Assembly (NCBI GenBank): GCA_963760795.1 | Contig: CAVXEP010000030.1 | Location: 32,001 to 96,000 of the forward strand | Reading direction: 5' to 3' | DNA: 64,000 nucleotides | From: an uncultured delta proteobacterium | Lineage (GTDB): Bacteria > Desulfobacterota > Binatia > UBA9968 | Shown: positions 59,049 through 64,000 of the stretch, in pieces | Layout: every line of letters begins with the position of its first letter | Position numbering within the stretch: position 1 is the stretch's first letter | Translations under genes and position numbers: made by a program | Notes under the pieces: model-generated | Database searches by the model: none | What the model saw: the letters and a program-made list of their open reading frames with translations, nothing else | Told to the model about the DNA's origin: nothing

Positions 59049-59900
59049 ATGCGCTATCTAATTATCGTGGCCTGTTTGTTGATTTTGCCTGCTAAGACTG
59101 CCGCAGAGCTAGTCACTTTTCCTGGTGCTGTGGCGGATGGGTATTCGGCAGTTTCAGAGGTGAAGGGAGATCTGGATCTTCCCGAAGCGAAGGCCGGAGC
59201 CAAGCTCCCAGTGGTGCTCATTCTGCACGGGAGCGCGGGCATTGACGGGCGCGGCGAGTTTCATGGAAAGGCACTCAATGCGGCAGGAATCGGTACCCTG
59301 GAGATCTTCATGTTTTCTCGCGGCAACCGACCTCGTGCAGCGAGGAACCAGAACCTTACGCACATGTATGGTGCGTTAAAGTATCTGGCCAGCCGACCGG
59401 AAATCGACCCGGGACGCATTGGCGTAATGGGTTTTTCGTGGGGAGGCGGACTCACTCTGGCTGCGGCCTCCGCAAGTGTTACGCAGCTATTCACGGGCGG
59501 GCAGCTGCGCTTTGCCGCTCATGCGCCATTCTATCCCGTCTGCTGGTCCCAACTTAGGATGACGTCTGACCCCAAGGCATCAAGTTATGGCAGGTACAAC
59601 ACCCTCACGGGTGCTCCCGTCCTGATGTTCGCGGGCGGTGAGGACGATTATGACGAGCCAGACACTTGCCAAAAATTCATTGCTTCGCTTGGCGAAACTG
59701 CGCGGAGCCATGTTGCCCTCAAATATTATCTCAAGGCCACGCACGGCTGGGACATTCAGGAGCGGGCACGAGTGTTCTATGAGAACTCGGCTGCGCTCGG
59801 TCGAGGAGGCAAGGTGCGCATGACTCCCAATCGGGAAGTTGCGGAGGACTCGCGTCGAACCCTTGTAGAATTTTTCGTCCAGCACCTGAGGGTGCCCTGA
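59049..59900 (+). CDS. Secreted dienelactone hydrolase family protein
   Basis: LHGSAG, nucleophile GFSWGG, FYPVC, G.EDDY, Y..ATHGWD. Confidence 0.85.
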   Translation: MRYLIIVACLLILPAKTAAELVTFPGAVADGYSAVSEVKGDLDLPEAKAGAKLPVVLILHGSAGIDGRGEFHGKALNAAGIGTLEIFMFSRGNRPRAARNQNLTHMYGALKYLASRPEIDPGRIGVMGFSWGGGLTLAAASASVTQLFTGGQLRFAAHAPFYPVCWSQLRMTSDPKASSYGRYNTLTGAPVLMFAGGEDDYDEPDTCQKFIASLGETARSHVALKYYLKATHGWDIQERARVFYENSAALGRGGKVRMTPNREVAEDSRRTLVEFFVQHLRVP

Positions 59901-60127
59901 ATGCTTTGACGCCGAACAGCGGAATGGTCCTACCACCAAGAAGCTCTACGACACTCGCCTAAACAATTCTCGATTCCGCCATGTGCTGGGGTGCGCTGAC
60001 GGCGGAACGGCATCGGGCATGGCTACCCAGGCGAACATCTAAATTTTCTCTTTGGCATTTTTCTGTTGCGCCTTTCACGATCGGTTGCCAGGACCAACTT
60101 CTTCAGTCGAGTTAGGCTCGCAGGCCG

Positions 60128-61060
60128 CTATTTTTTTTCGCCCCTGAGGTGATAGAGGTCATTCAGCTTCCGGCGAAATGCTTCCTCGCCTCCGGGCAGC
60201 GCGTCGAATTTTGTCGTACCGTCTGTTTGTCGGAGGATTTTCTGCCCTTCATCGTCCTGGTGCATGCTCAAAAGTATCTCTTTGAGGCGCTTTATAACTG
60301 CGTCGGGCAGATTCCTGCGCACCGATACGAGGTGCCGCGGCACCGATCCGCTCTCGACGAGAACTGCGAGGCGGGCTTTACTCGTCTCGTCTAAACTCGC
60401 ATAGTCCTCGTTACTGATTGCTCCTGCCGCCACTTTCTCTTCGCGCACCAGTTTAACGACATTTTTTTCCGAACCGGCAAAAATGTAACCGATTTCGCCC
60501 ACCGAGAGCTTGGCTGAGAGATCCGGTTTTTCCGCCACCCGGAAGCGCTTCTCAAATAGCAAGAGCTTCGGCAGAAAATAACCAGATGTCGATCCAGGAT
60601 CTTCGAAAGCGATCATCTTGCCGAGTAGATCTTCGAGACGAGTGATGCGGCTTGCCCTGTTCGTGAAGATGACACCCCGATACTCGCTCATGCCGCCTTT
60701 CCAACGTCTGAGCAATAGCCTGCCAGTGCCAGTGCGGTTGATGAGATAAGTGGGAAATGGACTTTCCAGGTAGAAATCAACCTCCGCCCGCTCAACTAAT
60801 TCTATGAGCTGGGAGATGTTGCCCGCGACGGTAACGGTACTCTTAATCTCCCCACTCGGCGCAAGTTTACGACCGGCATACTCCACGAGAGGACGAAAAT
60901 GCTCCGCCACCCGCTCCGGTGCGCTCTGGTAGACCACTCCGAGGGTGAGCGCTTTTATGCTTACAGTTGGTTTTACTTGTGCTTCGGTTTTTGGTCCCGC
61001 GATGAGCAGGAGCGTGACGATGAGAAATGCTACGTAAACGCAAGCCAATCGCTTTTCCAC
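60128..61060 (-). CDS. Phosphate/phosphite/phosphonate-type (PhnD-like) substrate-binding protein
   Basis: LEDLLGKMIAFEDPGSTSGYFLP, VPRHLVSVR; start placed at GTG 61060. Confidence 0.82.
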   Translation of the reverse strand: MEKRLACVYVAFLIVTLLLIAGPKTEAQVKPTVSIKALTLGVVYQSAPERVAEHFRPLVEYAGRKLAPSGEIKSTVTVAGNISQLIELVERAEVDFYLESPFPTYLINRTGTGRLLLRRWKGGMSEYRGVIFTNRASRITRLEDLLGKMIAFEDPGSTSGYFLPKLLLFEKRFRVAEKPDLSAKLSVGEIGYIFAGSEKNVVKLVREEKVAAGAISNEDYASLDETSKARLAVLVESGSVPRHLVSVRRNLPDAVIKRLKEILLSMHQDDEGQKILRQTDGTTKFDALPGGEEAFRRKLNDLYHLRGEKK

Positions 61061-61071
61061 GGCGCGCTCTC

Positions 61072-61160
61072 GGCAGGTTTGGCAAGACCAGCATGGGCTG
61101 CCGAGATTCGCGTGCTCAATGCCAACGCGTTGACAATAGCGCTGCGGAAACTGGCGGCAC
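61072..61160 (+). pseudogene. Possible fragment of a ModA-like substrate-binding protein gene
   Basis: AGLARPAWAAEIRVLNANALTIALRKLAA resembles the signal-cleavage and N-terminal region of ModA-like SBPs. Confidence 0.4.
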
Positions 61161-61178
61161 TTGCCGATGCCTACAAGT

Positions 61179-62267
61179 CTACAGGTCGTAGAGTTCTTTC
61201 GCATTGTAGTGGAGGATTCGATCTTTGGTCTCCTCGCTAATGTTGGTCCGTTGTTTTAGTACGGATATCGCGTCGACCTCGCTCGACGGGTCGGTGTGTC
61301 CATAATCGGTGCCAATAACCAAACAGCGCTCGCCGGCGTAGTTGAGAACGTAACTCAAGTCATCGTCTGTCTGGCACGTCACGAAAACCTTGTATTCACC
61401 GAACAGGTCTTCAGGGAACGCCTTGCCCAATCTTTTGTGGCGCAACACCGCCTCGTTGTAGATCCATGGTATCCATTGAGCGCAGGTCTCGATGAATCCC
61501 CATCGGACCTTCGGGAAGACGCTCGGCAGTTCGCTCACCAGAAAATTAAAGCACGAGATAACCGTCGGTGCCCTGAACATCGCGAAGCGATTGGCCGGGG
61601 TGTCCCTGAACAGATCAACATTTGTCGGATTCCCGTTGGCGATGTGCAGTGCGATCGCCAAATTGAGCGTGCTGGCATGTTCATATATGGGATAGAAGTA
61701 AGGGTCGGTCATGTGCCGATCCCCCTCGATAGGGCGTATGCAAACCGCGACCGCCCCATGCTCCTTGGCGATACTCATTTGCTCGATCGCTTCGTCCATG
61801 GCGAGAGTCGGAATGACGCAGGACCAGCGGAGACGACCGCCGGCTTTTTCCCAGATGTCGGCAAGCCACCGGTTCCAACTCCTGCAAAGCGCTGTTTCCA
61901 CCTCGGGCTTTTGCGAAACCTGCTCGATCCACAACGTGTTATGGAGGACCTGGATCTCGATCCCGAGTTCATTCATATGCCTCAATCGAAGGTCGACGTC
62001 AGCCATTTCGCGGGACGCTTGCGGCGTTTCGACCTTTCTCCCCGAGCGTTCCGACAACTCGCGAAGCTGTCGTTCCGTAAAGGTTGGGAAGCGAAACCCG
62101 CGGATCTTATCGTCGATCACCCAGTATTCGCGACCCGGTTCGTCAGGCGATGAGAATAGGCGCGGCCGGAACTTCCGTTCAGACGCCTCGAGGTAGTCCC
62201 ATGTGTGCTCTGTTTCGATAACATGGGCATCTGCATCAATGACGTCGAGATTGGTTCTTTCGGTCAT
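61179..62267 (-). CDS. Amidohydrolase family protein (Amidohydro_2), paralog of 3548-4594
   Basis: VIDADAHV.E, WNRWLAD, TDPYFYPIY, GTDYGHTD. Confidence 0.88.
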   Translation of the reverse strand: MTERTNLDVIDADAHVIETEHTWDYLEASERKFRPRLFSSPDEPGREYWVIDDKIRGFRFPTFTERQLRELSERSGRKVETPQASREMADVDLRLRHMNELGIEIQVLHNTLWIEQVSQKPEVETALCRSWNRWLADIWEKAGGRLRWSCVIPTLAMDEAIEQMSIAKEHGAVAVCIRPIEGDRHMTDPYFYPIYEHASTLNLAIALHIANGNPTNVDLFRDTPANRFAMFRAPTVISCFNFLVSELPSVFPKVRWGFIETCAQWIPWIYNEAVLRHKRLGKAFPEDLFGEYKVFVTCQTDDDLSYVLNYAGERCLVIGTDYGHTDPSSEVDAISVLKQRTNISEETKDRILHYNAKELYDL

Positions 62268-62641
62268 TTCTCACCTCCCTTTCTTTGCCATTTTCTACTG
62301 CGCTGGCACAACCCTTTCCTTCTGTCGGGAGCTATATCTTCGAACCGGCGAACCGTCAAGCGCGAGTGTTCGATGCTGTGAAAACGAGAATCTCCGAGGA
62401 CGATCGCTGCTGATGGACTGCGCGACTTTGAGGAAAGCCGGGACCGGCGTTGTCATTGCGCGCACCGACAAGGCTGGAGCGGTCCGTCAGCAATCGGAGG
62501 GGCAGGATAGACGGCCATTCAGCTTTCCCGACCCTTGCATATTAATTCCGCGGCTTGACTGACCATGAACTCCGCGACTAAAAGAGTCGTAGTCACTCAC
62601 CGCGCGCCTGCTTCTTATCGCCAGCCGAAAGGAGTCGGATT

Positions 62642-63202
62642 ATGTTTGAATCGGATCGATTTATCGAGGATTGTCGCCGGTGCCTTGGAGAACAAAATTC
62701 CCACGCTGCGGTGCGTGAAGTCGTCGGCAGAGCGGTGAGTGAACCGGGCCCGATTCTCAAGACGCTGGGAGAGCCGAGACTCTCCGGCATCCAGACGCTC
62801 TACCGCTCTGACACATTGACGATTTTAAACGTCCTGTGGGGACCCGGGATGACTCTATACCCCCATGACCATCGAATGTGGGCGGTGATCGGAATCTACA
62901 GCGGGCGGGAGGAAAACTCGTTCTACCACAGGAGCGAAAGCGGTCTCCAGGCGCACGGCGCAAAGACGCTCGACCTCAAAGAAACTCTGCCGCTTGGCGA
63001 AGCGGTCATCCACGCAGTCACCAATCCGCTCGACCGCATCACAGCGGCGCTCCACGTCTACGGCGGCGACTTCTTCACCGTGCCGCGCAGCGAATGGGAT
63101 CCGCAAACGTTTCAGGAGCGGCCCTTCGACATCGAGCACGCCAAAGAAGTATTTGCCGAAGCGAACAAGCGCTTAGTTTCCCCCGACGCGGTTTCGCGTT
63201 AA
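62642..63202 (+). CDS. Cysteine dioxygenase-like cupin (metal-dependent DSBH enzyme)
   Basis: PHDHRMWAVIGIY.G.E.N, IHAVTNP, ALHVYGGDFF. Confidence 0.82.
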   Translation: MFESDRFIEDCRRCLGEQNSHAAVREVVGRAVSEPGPILKTLGEPRLSGIQTLYRSDTLTILNVLWGPGMTLYPHDHRMWAVIGIYSGREENSFYHRSESGLQAHGAKTLDLKETLPLGEAVIHAVTNPLDRITAALHVYGGDFFTVPRSEWDPQTFQERPFDIEHAKEVFAEANKRLVSPDAVSR

Positions 63203-63544
63203 ATACCAAAGAGAAAGCTGCAAGCGCTGCGGAGATGCGGGAATTGGAATACTCAGTTTCGCGGCTGCACTTGGATTGAAACCCCGCGGCATGCCTAGAA
63301 AGGTTCACGTTCCCAGTTTCCAGCCCTAAGTTTTCAGTGCCTGTGCAGTGATTCGGAAAGTTTATTGTCGCTGCCACCAAAAGAGTGGCCGTAAAAGGAC
63401 AACCCGCAAACCGAATTGCGAAATGGCCGCTGCATTCTACCCTTCGTGCCCGCTCGTGGTAAGGTTACCAAGACAAAACGACGCATCCTTCACAATCCTG
63501 CAGATAAGTATGGGATGTCAGTCGCATAGGCACAGGAGAAACCG

Positions 63545-64000
63545 ATGAGCGAATCCGACGTAATACCTGGAGATGCTTGGCCGAGTCTGCCATTGGACGC
63601 ATGGAGCGACACCTACGCAACGCTTCATCTTTGGACGCAGATAGTCGGCAAGATTCGTCTCGCTCAGACTCCCTGGACGAATCATTCCTGGCACGTAACT
63701 TTGTCCGTGACGGCAAGGGGCCTCACCACCGGTTCGATCCCGTATGGCACCAGAGCATTTCAAATTGACTTCGACTTTATCGCTCACCAGCTCAATATCC
63801 AGTGCGACGACGGGCGCGTCGCGGGTTTTCCACTCGAACCACAGTCGGTCGCGGTTTTCTATCGGCGGCTCAGAGCAGAAATGAAAAAGCTCGGCCTCGA
63901 GGTGAAGATTTACCCCAAACCCAACGAGGTCTCCGACGCCATTCCGTTCGATCAAGACGAAGCTCACGCTTCATATGACCCGGACTACGCCAGTCGCTTC
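63545..64000 (+). CDS. DUF5996 family protein, 3'-truncated by the window edge
   Basis: AGGAG RBS; WPSLPLDAWSDTYATLHLWTQIVGKIRL..TPWTNHSWHV.L.VTARGLTT; open to the end of the window, so absent from the ORF track. Confidence 0.85.
   Translation, partial: MSESDVIPGDAWPSLPLDAWSDTYATLHLWTQIVGKIRLAQTPWTNHSWHVTLSVTARGLTTGSIPYGTRAFQIDFDFIAHQLNIQCDDGRVAGFPLEPQSVAVFYRRLRAEMKKLGLEVKIYPKPNEVSDAIPFDQDEAHASYDPDYASRF

Overview
64 kb bacterial accessory region with no rRNA, no intact tRNA, no CRISPR array and no intact integrase or transposase. The gene mix (Amidohydro_2 enzymes, class II aldolases, MetE-like enzymes, CoA-transferase, MmgE/PrpD, many orphan solute-binding proteins) resembles Candidatus Binatia-like genomes, which is an inference. 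About 55 intact or singly frameshifted CDSs are interleaved with about 15 gene remnants. The most striking structure is repeated and nested: an intact gene is followed by cargo genes and then by a diverged, dead copy of the same gene's 3' end. This is seen for the nitroreductase, a MetE-like gene, a GST (twice), an alpha/beta hydrolase and probably a class II aldolase. It suggests integrase-free, Campbell-type accretion of cargo at gene ends, and IS91 and IS110 relics lie next to some junctions. Notable cargo includes two apparently secreted, Cys-rich SAM-methyltransferase-fold paralogs, an operon of a CADD-like diiron protein with an SDR and an M29/NicX-like protein, a DJ-1/PfpI pair with altered catalytic residues, a nuclease-DUF2075 helicase between 80-bp direct repeats, and a stand-alone Schlafen/AlbA_2 protein. 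All family calls come from motif recognition by eye, not from database searches.
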